IMG/VR virus record: IMGVR_UViG_3300032397_000001
Strand: one strand, 5' to 3'
DNA: 64,000 bases
Source of the DNA: a virus
The number at the start of each line of letters is the position of its first letter. Position 1 is the stretch's first letter. This document shows, piece after piece, positions 19,472 through 30,026 of this stretch. Under the pieces are notes generated by a model, which was not told the origin of the DNA, did no database searches, and saw only the letters and a list, made by a program, of their open reading frames with translations. The translations under genes and the position numbers were made by a program.

Positions 19472-20011
19472 ATGAAAAGTGATGATTCTAGTAATGATGT
19501 TAAGATAATTCAGGATATCAAAATCGTTCAACAAATCGTTAAAGACGTCTTACATTCACGTTCTGGCGAAGGTGTAACACTCAACGTTGTAAACATTGGG
19601 CAAATTTTACATTCCTACTCTCAGCGTAATCTCGCCTTACCAGATCTTCAATATCTTCCTCCTAAGGAACTCGATTTAAGAAAATTTGTCGACGCTCTCC
19701 CTGAACCTCGACTTGACAGTTTAATTAGAATAGCTTATGAGATTGCACTCAAGTCTTTCGAATATCAGAAAGATGCAGCATGTTGGTTAGGAATCTCTGA
19801 ACGTACAATGTCTTATCAAAGAATGAGATTAGGACTTGACAAAGAACCTCTCAAGCTTGAAGAGAAGATTATTGACGCTGAGATTATTGAAAGTGCTCCT
19901 TTAGATAAAGATCAATCAGGTAAAGAAAAACCTGTTAATCCAGAGAAGAAAAAGGTTGGCTGGCCTAAGGGTAGGCCTCGTGGCCCCCGTAAGACAAACA
20001 ACGGTCAATAA
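19472..20011 (+). CDS. Fis-type HTH protein with C-terminal AT-hook
   Basis: ALKSFEYQKDAACWLGISERTMSYQRMRLGL; KKKVGWPKGRPRGPRK. Confidence 0.7.
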   Translation: MKSDDSSNDVKIIQDIKIVQQIVKDVLHSRSGEGVTLNVVNIGQILHSYSQRNLALPDLQYLPPKELDLRKFVDALPEPRLDSLIRIAYEIALKSFEYQKDAACWLGISERTMSYQRMRLGLDKEPLKLEEKIIDAEIIESAPLDKDQSGKEKPVNPEKKKVGWPKGRPRGPRKTNNGQ

Positions 20012-20061
20012 TATATCATAGGAGGTGATTCTGTTATGGGCTAGTTTAAGGGAGGCCTTAT

Positions 20062-20421
20062 ATGATGCAAGCGCTCGGAGTCCACTGGATTGTGGATTTT
20101 TGGGGTTGTGATTTTGCTTCATTGAATAATGTACCCCTTGTTGAGAAAGCGCTAGTAAGTGCAGCAACGCAGTCGGGCGCTACAATCTTAGCATATAAGT
20201 TTTGTCAATTTGAGCCACAGGGTGTTTCAGGTGCAGTTATTATTTCGGAGAGTCATTTTTCGATTCATACTTGGCCTGAGTATGGATACGCTGCAGTAGA
20301 TTTATTTACTTGCGGAACCAAAGTCAAAATGTCTGTTGCGTTGGATGTCATAAAGAAATCTTTGAATCCCAGTGTTCCCGTGCAGGTGTTTGAGGTCCAC
20401 AGGGGTGTCAAAGTTGAATAG
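20062..20421 (+). CDS. speD: S-adenosylmethionine decarboxylase proenzyme
   Basis: FEPQGVSG, ISESHFSIHTWPEYGYAAVDLFTCG. Confidence 0.92.
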   Translation: MMQALGVHWIVDFWGCDFASLNNVPLVEKALVSAATQSGATILAYKFCQFEPQGVSGAVIISESHFSIHTWPEYGYAAVDLFTCGTKVKMSVALDVIKKSLNPSVPVQVFEVHRGVKVE

Positions 20422-20439
20422 TATTTGGGGGCCTCTTGA

Positions 20440-20730
20440 GAAAAGAGAACATCAGGTAAATACTTTAAGGGTACTGTGTATGAGAAGAAAATTATCCAGC
20501 TATATGGAGATTCGGCTAGGTTTGATTTTCGAGACTTTTATGATTTACTAGATTTCGTTTTCGTGGATGGGGCACACTCATACGAATATGCGAAGTTTGA
20601 TTCTGAGACAGCGTTTAAGCTTATTGATTCCAGGGGGTTTATTTTATGGCATGACTATGGAAGTTGGCCTAGAGTAATAACTGCTTTAGAGGAATTATAT
20701 AATAAAGGATTGGACCTTAGACATAGTTAG
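20440..20730 (+). pseudogene. C-terminal fragment of a Methyltransf_24-type methyltransferase
   Basis: QLYGDSARFDF, DFVFVDGAHSYEY and ILWHDY present; SAM-binding motif I missing; in-frame TGA at 20437. Confidence 0.7.
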
Positions 20731-20766
20731 TCTTTTTTGATTGTATGAAACGCTTGTGAGGATAAA

Positions 20767-21405
20767 ATGGAGTTTAAGGAGATCTTTTCAAATTGGAATG
20801 ATGTGATTCGAGATCACTATCCTATAGATCGTAGAATGTCGATTATGCGTGGCGTTGATGGAATGAGTTCGGAGAACGTTAGATTCCTTATAAATGAGAT
20901 TGTTCGTAGATACGCAAAGGTATATGTTGAAGCGGGTATCTATAGAGGTGGAAGTCTTTTAAGTGCAGCTTTATATAATGAAGTGATGTGCATTGGATTT
21001 GATAACTTTTCAGGATTCAATGATGATGGGGCTAATCATCAGAAGCTCAACAAGAATCTGTCCTCTCTTAAAGATCATTATAAGAACTCACAGATAATCA
21101 TTCATGAAGTTGACTATCGGAGGATTCCAGAATTTGTTCGGGACCTAAAGGTAGATGTTTACTATTATGATGCTGCTCATGAATATGAACATCAGTTACG
21201 TGGTTTGGAATTAATGCTTCCTTTCCTATCTGAAAGGTGCTTCCTTCTTGTGGATGATATAAACTGGTCTCGGGTTAATGAGGCTACTGAGGAGTTTCTC
21301 GAGAGGCACGTTGGCTTTGAAACATTATTCAAAGTGTTTACTGAAGATAATGCCCAACCAACTTGGTGGAATGGCTTTCAGGTAATCGGAAGAAATATAG
21401 AATGA
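20767..21405 (+). CDS. class I methyltransferase (Methyltransf_24-like)
   Basis: YVEAGIYRGGS, DVYYYDAAH, LVDDINW, WWNG. Confidence 0.8.
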   Translation: MEFKEIFSNWNDVIRDHYPIDRRMSIMRGVDGMSSENVRFLINEIVRRYAKVYVEAGIYRGGSLLSAALYNEVMCIGFDNFSGFNDDGANHQKLNKNLSSLKDHYKNSQIIIHEVDYRRIPEFVRDLKVDVYYYDAAHEYEHQLRGLELMLPFLSERCFLLVDDINWSRVNEATEEFLERHVGFETLFKVFTEDNAQPTWWNGFQVIGRNIE

Positions 21406-22139
21406 TAATGTCAGTTATTAATACTGTAATCTCTATATTGACTCACACCAATAATGGCATTCGGAGGCCGCTTATAAGAGAGTCTTTGTTGTCTTTCTTC
21501 AAGTATACAAATCTTGATGGATCAGCAGTTTTCATTGATGATCATGGGTCTAATGATGAATGGCAAAAGGAGTTAATGAATTCATTTCACAAGATTCCAA
21601 ATGTTACGATTCGTCTTCACAGAGAGAACGTTAATGCGGGAACAAATCGTTTCTTTGATATCCCACTCGCGTGTGAAGAGAATCCTGAGGCGCACTACTT
21701 AGTATTACTTGACGATGATCTTCTTTATCAGCATGGATGGTTACAGTTTGCACAACATTTATTAGATACCTTGCCTAATGCAGGTGTTGTTGGTCTGTGC
21801 CGTCATAGAGCTCACGCTGTACAGTGGGCATACTCATATCCAGAAGACCCAAGATATACAATCTTTGATACATTTGACACTCCAGGCGGCATGATAATAA
21901 TGTCTGTAGATACATACCGTAAAACTAAGGGGTGGCCCCCTTTAGGGAGTGGTAGTGACTCAATATTTATGGGAACAATCCGCATGAATCTGGAGAAGAA
22001 GCTTTATGCAATATCACCCCCGATTCTGCGTCATGTTGGGTACGTAAGTGATGATGGGAAACCTGTACGGTTTGATAATCTGTTGAGGGAGGAGAATAAA
22101 ACGTTTATTCCTTTACTGGGAAAAAAGCAGAATGAATAG
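21402..22139 (+). CDS. glycosyltransferase family 2 (GT-A)
   Basis: FIDDHGS, YLVLLDDD, late HVG. Confidence 0.75.
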   Translation: MIMSVINTVISILTHTNNGIRRPLIRESLLSFFKYTNLDGSAVFIDDHGSNDEWQKELMNSFHKIPNVTIRLHRENVNAGTNRFFDIPLACEENPEAHYLVLLDDDLLYQHGWLQFAQHLLDTLPNAGVVGLCRHRAHAVQWAYSYPEDPRYTIFDTFDTPGGMIIMSVDTYRKTKGWPPLGSGSDSIFMGTIRMNLEKKLYAISPPILRHVGYVSDDGKPVRFDNLLREENKTFIPLLGKKQNE

Positions 22140-22704
22140 TTATAAGTTATTATTGTCAATGGTTAACTTCCGTGTAAAGAGACATCTCGATATTGGTACT
22201 TGTACCAAAGATAATTGGGCATCTGTAATTCCATCTGAAACAAGGTTATCCTGTGAAGCAGCTCCGAAGTTTATAGCCAATTGTCCAACTCCATGCTTCT
22301 ATGGGGAAGCTTTACAGTTAAATGATTTTTTGAGTTCGAAGTCATTTGACTTGATTACTGCTTTGGATTTCATAGAGCATAATTTAAAGGAGAATGGTTA
22401 TAAGATAATTACTATGTTGGAGAACTTGTGTAGAGGAAGACTTATATTCTTTACTCCTCTCGGAGATTGGTGTGTTTATTCAACCGACGATAAATATCAA
22501 TGTCACCTTTCTGGTTGGCATCCTTCTGAGTTTATATCATTAGGATATTCATGTTGGGTTTTTCCCAATTTTCATAAAGAGTCTGTAGGGCTTGAATCAG
22601 CCTTCTTTGCGATCAAGGATTTCGATAGTCAGATTCCAAGTGTAGTGGATAGTATATTTACTTCAGATGATTCTATGTTTAAGGAAAATCATTGGGAGAA
22701 GTAA
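22132..22704 (+). CDS. class I methyltransferase
   Basis: HLDIGTC, FDLITALDFIEH, HLSGW. Confidence 0.75.
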   Translation: MNSYKLLLSMVNFRVKRHLDIGTCTKDNWASVIPSETRLSCEAAPKFIANCPTPCFYGEALQLNDFLSSKSFDLITALDFIEHNLKENGYKIITMLENLCRGRLIFFTPLGDWCVYSTDDKYQCHLSGWHPSEFISLGYSCWVFPNFHKESVGLESAFFAIKDFDSQIPSVVDSIFTSDDSMFKENHWEK

Positions 22705-23450
22705 TGTCTAAACTAAACTTCTTTCAACCTGTCTATAATTTAGAAGGACAGAGATTAAGTCCTGTAGGTTCGTGGGATGAAATATTTTTGTGGAATAGTG
22801 CTTGCTGGGATAGATCTATACCTAAAGATTGTACGAGATTGACATATTTAGATGTTGGTTGTTGTGAAGGATTGTATCTTCTTTATTTCGAATTAAGTAA
22901 AGGAGACGCATTCGGTCTAGACTTTTTCGGGACTGGAGTCTGTTCTTTCTCTCCTCAGGAGCTTGGTAAGCTTTATGACTTTGAACAATTCAAGTACATT
23001 AGGGATATGTATAAAGCACAGTATGTTGCTCAGGTCGGAGGAATCCTTGATGGCAAGATAATTCCAAAACCAGATAGAAAGTTTAATATAGTATCATGTA
23101 TGAATACAATTGAATATGTAGACAAGTATGAATCTGTAATAGATGAACTGTTTAAGTTAGCGGAGGACAGAGTTATAATCTGTACTGAGACGTCTCTTGA
23201 CAAGCCTACCTACTATGCTAGTTATATGAATGCTCGATGTATCAACGTAGACGAGTTAATGGCACATATGTCAAGATGGCCTCTCACTGTATGGACTCTC
23301 AAGTTGTATCCTCCCAATGATGTTCCTCATTATGAAGTCTTCATTGTTGCAACGAATCCAAAGTCACTTTTACCCCCTATAGATTCGAGTGCCGTTGCTT
23401 ATAGTTTTGGTGTAACAGTATGTCAGCAGAACCGTGGGAGAAAGATATGA
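22704..23450 (+). CDS. class I methyltransferase
   Basis: YLDVGCCEG, FNIVSCMNTIEYV. Confidence 0.7.
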   Translation: MSKLNFFQPVYNLEGQRLSPVGSWDEIFLWNSACWDRSIPKDCTRLTYLDVGCCEGLYLLYFELSKGDAFGLDFFGTGVCSFSPQELGKLYDFEQFKYIRDMYKAQYVAQVGGILDGKIIPKPDRKFNIVSCMNTIEYVDKYESVIDELFKLAEDRVIICTETSLDKPTYYASYMNARCINVDELMAHMSRWPLTVWTLKLYPPNDVPHYEVFIVATNPKSLLPPIDSSAVAYSFGVTVCQQNRGRKI

Positions 23451-23532
23451 GTCATTTTATACATTAGATCTTTCAGAGTTTCCTAAATATGTATTCGAGA
23501 ACTTAGATAAGTTTAGAGAGTTATTAGCATGA
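23447..23532 (+). pseudogene. deletion remnant: C-terminus resembling GT17-type glycosyltransferases
   Basis: frame 23452-23532 reads SFYTLDLSEFPKYVFENLDKFRELLA* and is ATGA-coupled to the next gene, but is out of frame with ATG 23447. Confidence 0.4.
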
Positions 23533-24329
23533 GTGTATTAGGTGGTTCCATCTTTGTACATAATGCTGTCAAGTTTGATTACTGTCTTCGAGAGGCAATT
23601 GAGAGTCTTTGTTATACCTGCGATCATGTTGTTGCTCTCGATGCTGGAAGTCAAGACGGCACTTTCGAGATTATGCAAGAGTGTCAAAAGAAGTTTTCTA
23701 ATTTACGAGTTTTCAATCATGGAAGTTGGGAATGCGCTCCTGATAAACACAGGTTAAGTATCCTTGCGAACCAAGCAAAAGATTTATTACCTTCTGAGTG
23801 TGATTGGCATTTCATGTTGCAAGCAGACGAAGTAATTCATGAGAATGCAAGAGATGTAATTAAACGTGTAACCTCTTCGGAAAAAAACTCTAAGGGTTTT
23901 TGGTGTAGGCGATTTAATTTGTGGGGTGACTTTGATCATTATGTTGGTCTTCAGAGTAAATATCGTCCTTGTGGTGATTATCCTTGTCGTCTTGCTATAA
24001 GATCAAGTAAGGCGGTTGGAGACGCAGAATCACTAGATTTGTTTTCGAGTGCGAATCGTGAGTTTGTTGATCAAATTGTAATCTTTCATTACGGCCTTGT
24101 ACGTAATCCTGTCATTATATGTGATAAGATTATTGATATGCAAAGTTGGTTCTTTGGCTTTGGAGGACAACCTGATCCACGTGTAGTGAAGAATAAGGCT
24201 GAGTATGGAATGTTTCAACCCTTTGATACGATACCGCAAAGCGAGCTTTGTAAAATTCCTGTTTCTCATCCCGTGTTTATGGAAGAGTGGTTAAAAGAAA
24301 GGCGCCCAAAGTGGCCCTTTAAGGTTTAA
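23529..24329 (+). CDS. glycosyltransferase family 2
   Basis: FVHNAVKFDY, LDAGSQDGT, WHFMLQADE, IFHYG. Confidence 0.85.
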   Translation: MSVLGGSIFVHNAVKFDYCLREAIESLCYTCDHVVALDAGSQDGTFEIMQECQKKFSNLRVFNHGSWECAPDKHRLSILANQAKDLLPSECDWHFMLQADEVIHENARDVIKRVTSSEKNSKGFWCRRFNLWGDFDHYVGLQSKYRPCGDYPCRLAIRSSKAVGDAESLDLFSSANREFVDQIVIFHYGLVRNPVIICDKIIDMQSWFFGFGGQPDPRVVKNKAEYGMFQPFDTIPQSELCKIPVSHPVFMEEWLKERRPKWPFKV

Positions 24330-24406
24330 GAGTGCCCCGTTAATTTTATTAGGAGGTGTATTACAATAAGAGAAAGTCACAACCAACCAACAGAAGGAGA
24401 CAAGTC

Positions 24407-24862
24407 ATGAAGAAGAGATTTCTCTTATTTCTCATCTGTGCCGCGGTCGTCTTTACACCCTTGGTTTTTGCTGCTCCAGGAGATTGGGTTGATATTGGGA
24501 CAGTCAATATCAACTCAACAGATGTCACCGCTTCTGTGGTGGTGAACAAACAGTATCAAGTTTCAGTGATTGGTACAGGAGCTCCTGGCCTCGATAGTGC
24601 GAGATCTGATCCAAGTCAAGCTCTTTCTATTGTGCCAACTGCTACGTCAGATGTAGTTATCAATCTGTTGAAAGGTCAAGGATTGGATGTTGTAAAGATT
24701 GGGGCTGCTGTGAAGTATACTTGGACAGCCAGCACGTATGATGTTTTCAAAGATGATGGAACCAAAGTTACTTATCCTGTTCCGTCATATAAGGTTTCAT
24801 TGCGTGAGGTTGTTCGAATCAGTCAATGTTCTACTCCAGGTGGACCGACTAGAGTACCGTAG
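24407..24862 (+). CDS. secreted hypothetical protein
   Basis: AAGGAG RBS; signal peptide MKKRFLLFLICAAVVFTPLVFA. Confidence 0.7.
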   Translation: MKKRFLLFLICAAVVFTPLVFAAPGDWVDIGTVNINSTDVTASVVVNKQYQVSVIGTGAPGLDSARSDPSQALSIVPTATSDVVINLLKGQGLDVVKIGAAVKYTWTASTYDVFKDDGTKVTYPVPSYKVSLREVVRISQCSTPGGPTRVP

Positions 24863-25008
24863 AGTCTAGTTCGGGTCGTTGCTGAGTTCGCTCATGAAGA
24901 GCTCTCAGAGAGCCTTTTGTTTCTCTGTCTGCATATTCTCTGCCTTAAAAGATTCTTTTTTAGGTCTTGAATTTCTTATAAAATTCTTGAATGAGACTTA
25001 AAGGAGCT

Positions 25009-25044
25009 TTCTTTAGACTTCTTTAGACTTCTTTAGACTTCTTT
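25009..25044 (+). repeat. 10-bp tandem repeat x3.5
   Basis: TTCTTTAGAC. Confidence 0.85.
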
Positions 25045-25090
25045 GTATTTCTGTGCCTTACTTGTTCCTAATTAGATTTTTAAATGCCAC

Positions 25091-25119
25091 TTTAAAAGTA
25101 CTGAAAAACCATATATAAT
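25091..25119 (+). promoter_or_regulatory. sigma70-type promoter
   Basis: TTTAAA-17-TATAAT; flanks shared with the 52438 promoter. Confidence 0.65.
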
Positions 25120-25221
25120 AAAATAAAAAGCAAAAATAATATAGTCCTATGTTCCTAAAAAACCAAAAAAACCGGTACAGACAAACCAAACACAGATTGT
25201 CATAAAATTAAGGAACCTGCT

Positions 25222-26007
25222 ATGAACGAAATGTTTGAGGTCAAAGACAAGGTATATGGAGCCGAACCAAGACCAATAATAAAGGTTTTTCATCGAAAGA
25301 AACGTTGGCGAATCATAGATGAAAAAAGATGTATGGAAGTACGATCTCCTAACTTATCAGGCCTTGAGATTTATGCAACTAAGGGTACCGGAAAGAGAGA
25401 TGAGATTACAGGTAAAACCCTAGAGGAGCTCTTCAGTTTCTTACCTACTAACTCTTGCCTACCTAACGGATCCAACCCCACAGAAAGCGTTCTTGCCCAA
25501 GCCGAAGATCTAAATATTGAGGATATTCTTGCCTTCCTTGAGGGTAAGCAGAAAGCGTATTATTACGAGGATGAAGAGATCGTTAATATCCTTAAGATGA
25601 ATGGGTATGACGATCCAAAGAATGTCGAAACACATGACACATTACAAGAACTGTATGAGCAGGATATGCTCAAGATGTATTTAGAGGGTCAGGGTTTCAA
25701 GATGCCGGAACAGATCGAGACTAAAGTAAAGAGACCTGAAACGTTACGAGATGCATGTTTTGAACATTTAGATAAGGCTGGTCGATATGGTTTCGAACAT
25801 GAGCAGGGTATCTCGCTTAAAGATCTAGGAATGTATCTTGTTAATCAGGAAGATGTTGTTCCGTTCATCAAAGGAATGGTATCGCTACACCTTGTCAGAG
25901 AGATCGTTTCGATTATTCATCAATGGTCAACATGTCGTGGTGTCGAAAGCAAGGACGGATACTTCGATTTACCCGGAGCTAAATGGATGGGATTAGCAAC
26001 AAAATGA
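25222..26007 (+). CDS. hypothetical protein; C-terminal domain paralogous to 13237
   Basis: LRDACFEHLD...YLVNQEDV...QWSTCRG. Confidence 0.65.
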   Translation: MNEMFEVKDKVYGAEPRPIIKVFHRKKRWRIIDEKRCMEVRSPNLSGLEIYATKGTGKRDEITGKTLEELFSFLPTNSCLPNGSNPTESVLAQAEDLNIEDILAFLEGKQKAYYYEDEEIVNILKMNGYDDPKNVETHDTLQELYEQDMLKMYLEGQGFKMPEQIETKVKRPETLRDACFEHLDKAGRYGFEHEQGISLKDLGMYLVNQEDVVPFIKGMVSLHLVREIVSIIHQWSTCRGVESKDGYFDLPGAKWMGLATK

Positions 26008-26137
26008 TTCGCGAATGTGAGAATTGTGGTCGAGAATACAATCCCAAGCTGGTTGTTCCGTTCATCATCTGAGGATCGTGTAGAGATTAAGAAGCTGTTC
26101 CTTGAGAGACATTCGATCACGACAAAGGGTAAATTGA

Positions 26138-26542
26138 ATGGGTTCGTTAGAGAATGTATATGAAGTAGTAGTAAAGCAAGAGGGTTCAGTAATTGAACAC
26201 TGGAAACCAACCACTACTCAACGTTATGAAGAGAGAATATGGAAGTCGGAATTAGGTGGGTGGACAAAGTCTGAGTTTTTTATTGGGTGTATGATTGAAG
26301 GGTTTCAGAAAATCCCTTCATGTACTGTGGAAGTTAAGGTACAGAAGGCTGTAAAGAAGGTTACTATCAGGTGGGGTAAAATGGTGCTTGCAAGGTGGGC
26401 ACCTCATTCAACGTGGAAAGATATGTGGACAAATTTTGGTAATCCTGGAATGATTAAATCTACAAAGTCTATAAGAGAAATGATTGAACAGTGGGGAAAA
26501 TCTGTACCAACAGAGTGCACAATAGAGGTAGAGGAAGGATGA
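26138..26542 (+). CDS. hypothetical protein
   Basis: 134-aa ORF, start uncertain. Confidence 0.55.
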   Translation: MGSLENVYEVVVKQEGSVIEHWKPTTTQRYEERIWKSELGGWTKSEFFIGCMIEGFQKIPSCTVEVKVQKAVKKVTIRWGKMVLARWAPHSTWKDMWTNFGNPGMIKSTKSIREMIEQWGKSVPTECTIEVEEG

Positions 26543-27201
26543 AGAGGCCAACTAATTTTGTTGAAGCTATTTCGCTTGCATCAAAGTTTTTCTCGTTGTC
26601 ATTACCAACCACAGAGGATGAGTTAAAGAAGGCTTTTAGATCAGCAAGTAAAGTTCTTCATCCTGATGTAGGAGGTGATGAAGAACTTTTCAAATCTATG
26701 AAGGAAGCTTACGAGAAGATTTTAGATGTCGCTGAAAACTTTGGCTGTGTTTTTTCTGATGGAGATGACTTTAAGTTAGAAACTACAATTGAAGGAATAC
26801 CACTGGTTAGTTTGGGACTCGGTCTTGGTCTTATGGTTAATGGTAAGGATTGCTATAGTTGTAATCACCAAGGGTACACGAAGCATTTTGGAGTTTCGTA
26901 TAAAGTGTGCGGCTGTGAAGATGGAATGATCAGGGCTGTATTTCCATGTTCATCATGTAAAGGTACTGGTAAGTTTGAACAGAGGAGTGGGAGGATTATA
27001 GATTGCCGAAGATGTGGAGGCACTGGAAAATTTATTCATCCATATAAGATGGTAATTTGTCCTAAATGTCGCGGTTCGGCAACTATACAATCCTTTAATG
27101 ATGAATGGTATTACAGGAGATGTGGCACCTGTAATGGCACTGGAGAGATAAAGATTTTTAACCCGGTTCTACCTAAGGGTAGATTGATGGGGCTCAAATG
27201 A
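26539..27201 (+). CDS. DnaJ-like protein (J domain plus CxxCxGxG zinc fingers)
   Basis: LKKAFRSASKVLHPDVGG; four CxxCxG motifs. Confidence 0.85.
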   Translation: MKRPTNFVEAISLASKFFSLSLPTTEDELKKAFRSASKVLHPDVGGDEELFKSMKEAYEKILDVAENFGCVFSDGDDFKLETTIEGIPLVSLGLGLGLMVNGKDCYSCNHQGYTKHFGVSYKVCGCEDGMIRAVFPCSSCKGTGKFEQRSGRIIDCRRCGGTGKFIHPYKMVICPKCRGSATIQSFNDEWYYRRCGTCNGTGEIKIFNPVLPKGRLMGLK

Positions 27202-27246
27202 AGACATATAGATTTCAAGTCGGGAATAGCCGTAAGGAGAAGAGTT

Positions 27247-29505
27247 ATGAATGATGAAGATAAGGATAAAGATCCAGGAGTATGCGTTTTTTGTGGAGCA
27301 CCATTTGTTTGGGTGAGACCAGGAAAAGTGCAGGAGACTTGTGATTGCTTCTTACCAGTAGAAGGAGTAACACAGGGGCAACATAAACAGTTATTACAGG
27401 AGCACGCGAAACTAATTGTTTACCGAGATCACTGGGAGACATCTTACGATGTCGCTACAGTACGAGCATTCAACGCTGAGAAGCAGGTTACTACTATCGA
27501 CTTGAAGGTGAAGAAGCTGATGGAAGAAAATACGGAACTCAAGCGCCAGTTAGATGAGAAGTATGAACAACTCAACATCCAAGCACACAATGAGAGAGTG
27601 TTGAATCAGGGTAGAGAATGAAATGAGTGATCCACATTTACCTGTTGACGAGTGGGGTGATACTCTCAGAGAATGTACTAAGCACCCTGGGTGTCAGTAT
27701 ACTGTGGATTCGGAGTGTGAAAAATGTATGGAATCAGAACTATCAAAGATAGACTTCATTAAGATAGAGGATTGTTGTTGTGGACATAATGAAGGGCATC
27801 CATGGAAATGCCATTGTGTATTCTGTTGTATCTGTGGTAAGTATCTCAGAGAAGATCCTCATGGGGATGATGAATTTGATGTATGTCCTGAATGTTATGA
27901 AGGAGAAATAGGACGATGATGGGTGAAGGAACCATATGGCCAGAACGGAATGTTATTTTCGCTTGGCTTGAAAAACATGGCATCGGTGAAAACGTAGTAT
28001 CGCACCAACAGGCGATTGAATTATCAGAAGCTATAACTACTTGTCGCTTGAAGATTCAGGCTGATCTCACTAGAGAGCGAGACAATAGGGGTACATACGG
28101 GAGGATTATAGATGAAATAATAAAACCGAATTGGGCTGAGGAATCAGGAAAAGCTAGAACACATGAATATTATGATGTGTGCTACTTGAATGCGCTTGGG
28201 TATTGGCCTAATCACAAAGTTCCAGAATGGACTAAAGAAATTGTGGTTAGAATGGGTTATTCACTTACCAACTTTTGTATTATAGAGTATGCATTCCTTA
28301 AAGAGATTGCAGAATTACGACAATGTCTACTGTTGAAAGATCAGTAAAGGAGGGACAAACGATGCAGATAACAGTATGTAATATATGTAATAGTGAAATC
28401 AAACATGATGCTGGGATGAGAGATGGTAAATTCCTTATACAGGCAAAGACCAAAGAAGCTGGAATGCTTAAGGTGGAGATTTCTTGTGATAAGAAATCCA
28501 ACTGTGATATTCATCGGGATTGTCTAGCCGAGATGGTTAACAAGATTATTAGGGGCGGTTATAACAACACAGAGGAGACTTAAGAGATGCAAGTGAAAAA
28601 TTTAGAAGGACTTGTAGACGGAATCATTCGAGAGGAATATGGTGGGTGTCATCCGAGTCGAGATCAGGTTTGTCATTTGAAGGCTAAGGTAGAAGATCAC
28701 GTCGTCAAAGTTTTCGTTGTAGGGAAGTGGAGAACCATTCGATATTATAGCCCCAACAAAAAGATTCCCTCTGAAAAGATTGTAGCGGAATGTATTCATA
28801 CTGTTCGTGTGAATACAGGGGGAACTTTTGAAGGGAAAGATATCGTTCTAGATTGGGAATGAAAGGAGAAGAGAAATGCAAGTAGCCCCTGATTGGAGCA
28901 TGGTTGGAACAGTAGAAAAAATTGAACACGAACTCGTTGGTTTCAAATTTGAAGGTCCGGGTATTTACTTTATAAAGACTGATACACTTTTGATTGTGCC
29001 AAGACCCACAACCGGATCACGTACCGTAGAAAACATTTGGCATCTGAAACAACCCGAAGGTACGGTCTACGAAGTATATGTATACAACACTCCTGAAACA
29101 ATCTTCAAGGCGATAGGACGAGCACCCATAAGACAGGATGATAGAGACTAAGGAGCAAAGATGATGAGTTATAAGTATCACGCACCTCTAGATCTTGAAT
29201 GTCCAGAGGTAGTGAAATTCAATAGATGATCCAATAACAATAGAGTCAGGTTAAGGAAGAACTAGATGAGATTTAGAGTTAAGTGTCTGCAGATCAAGAC
29301 GGAGGCGTTCTATACTTTCAACGACACTGAATTTGGAGATTGTATTCAAAAGGCGATCGAGATAAGTATAAAGCTTCCGAAATATGAATTCATTTTAGAA
29401 GGTGTTCGATATGATCATTGGGAGCGATCTTTCCCACTTGTCAAATTCAAAGATGGTAAGAGAGTATGGTCAGATCACAAACTTCTCTTACAATGTATGG
29501 AGTAA
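27247..29505 (+). other. run of about 7 small hypothetical genes (27247, 27623, 27916, 28362, 28587, 28876, 29266), several Cys-rich
   Basis: coupled ORFs with RBSs. Confidence 0.65.
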
Positions 29506-29521
29506 TCGAATGGGAAGAAAT

Positions 29522-29583
29522 GAAAAGAGGAGGTGATTAACGTGGCAAAGAAAAGAGGAGGTGATTAACGTGGCAAAGAAAAG
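29522..29583 (+). repeat. 28-bp tandem duplication of RBS plus start codon
   Basis: GAAAAGAGGAGGTGATTAACGTGGCAAA x2. Confidence 0.95.
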
Positions 29584-29884
29584 CTTCCGTAGATTCTGCA
29601 TCGAACATCTTGATTGTGTACCGTTGGAGTATGCGGGAAAGTCGATTCAGAGATCGTCTCTGATCATTTACTTGCTGGCTCAGCTTGACATCCAAACGCT
29701 CATTATGTATTTGGGCTATGGTGTTGACACTTCGAAGCAGGTATTAGGATCGGTGGTTGATTTCTGGGTGAGGCGTAGAATGTTCGAGACCATCAGAGCT
29801 TCTACTGGAAAGATAATTGTTACTTTTCCAGTTGTCATCAAGAAGCTCGATTCAGATGATCTCGACGAGGTAGTCAACGCTTAG
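29570..29884 (+). CDS. putative DNA-binding protein, paralog of 13237
   Basis: FRRFCIEHLD...IQRSSLIIYLL; GTG start after GGAGGTGA. Confidence 0.65.
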   Translation: MAKKSFRRFCIEHLDCVPLEYAGKSIQRSSLIIYLLAQLDIQTLIMYLGYGVDTSKQVLGSVVDFWVRRRMFETIRASTGKIIVTFPVVIKKLDSDDLDEVVNA

Positions 29885-30026
29885 ATTGTCATAAGATGAA
29901 AAGACGCAGAACAAAATTCCAGAAGTTGGTTGTTGGGATTACCCAAATGTATGGACTTCCCGAAGATATTGTAGCAAGGGTTTTACTGCAATTGTTTATT
30001 GAGAGAAGACTGGGCTGGAGACAACT

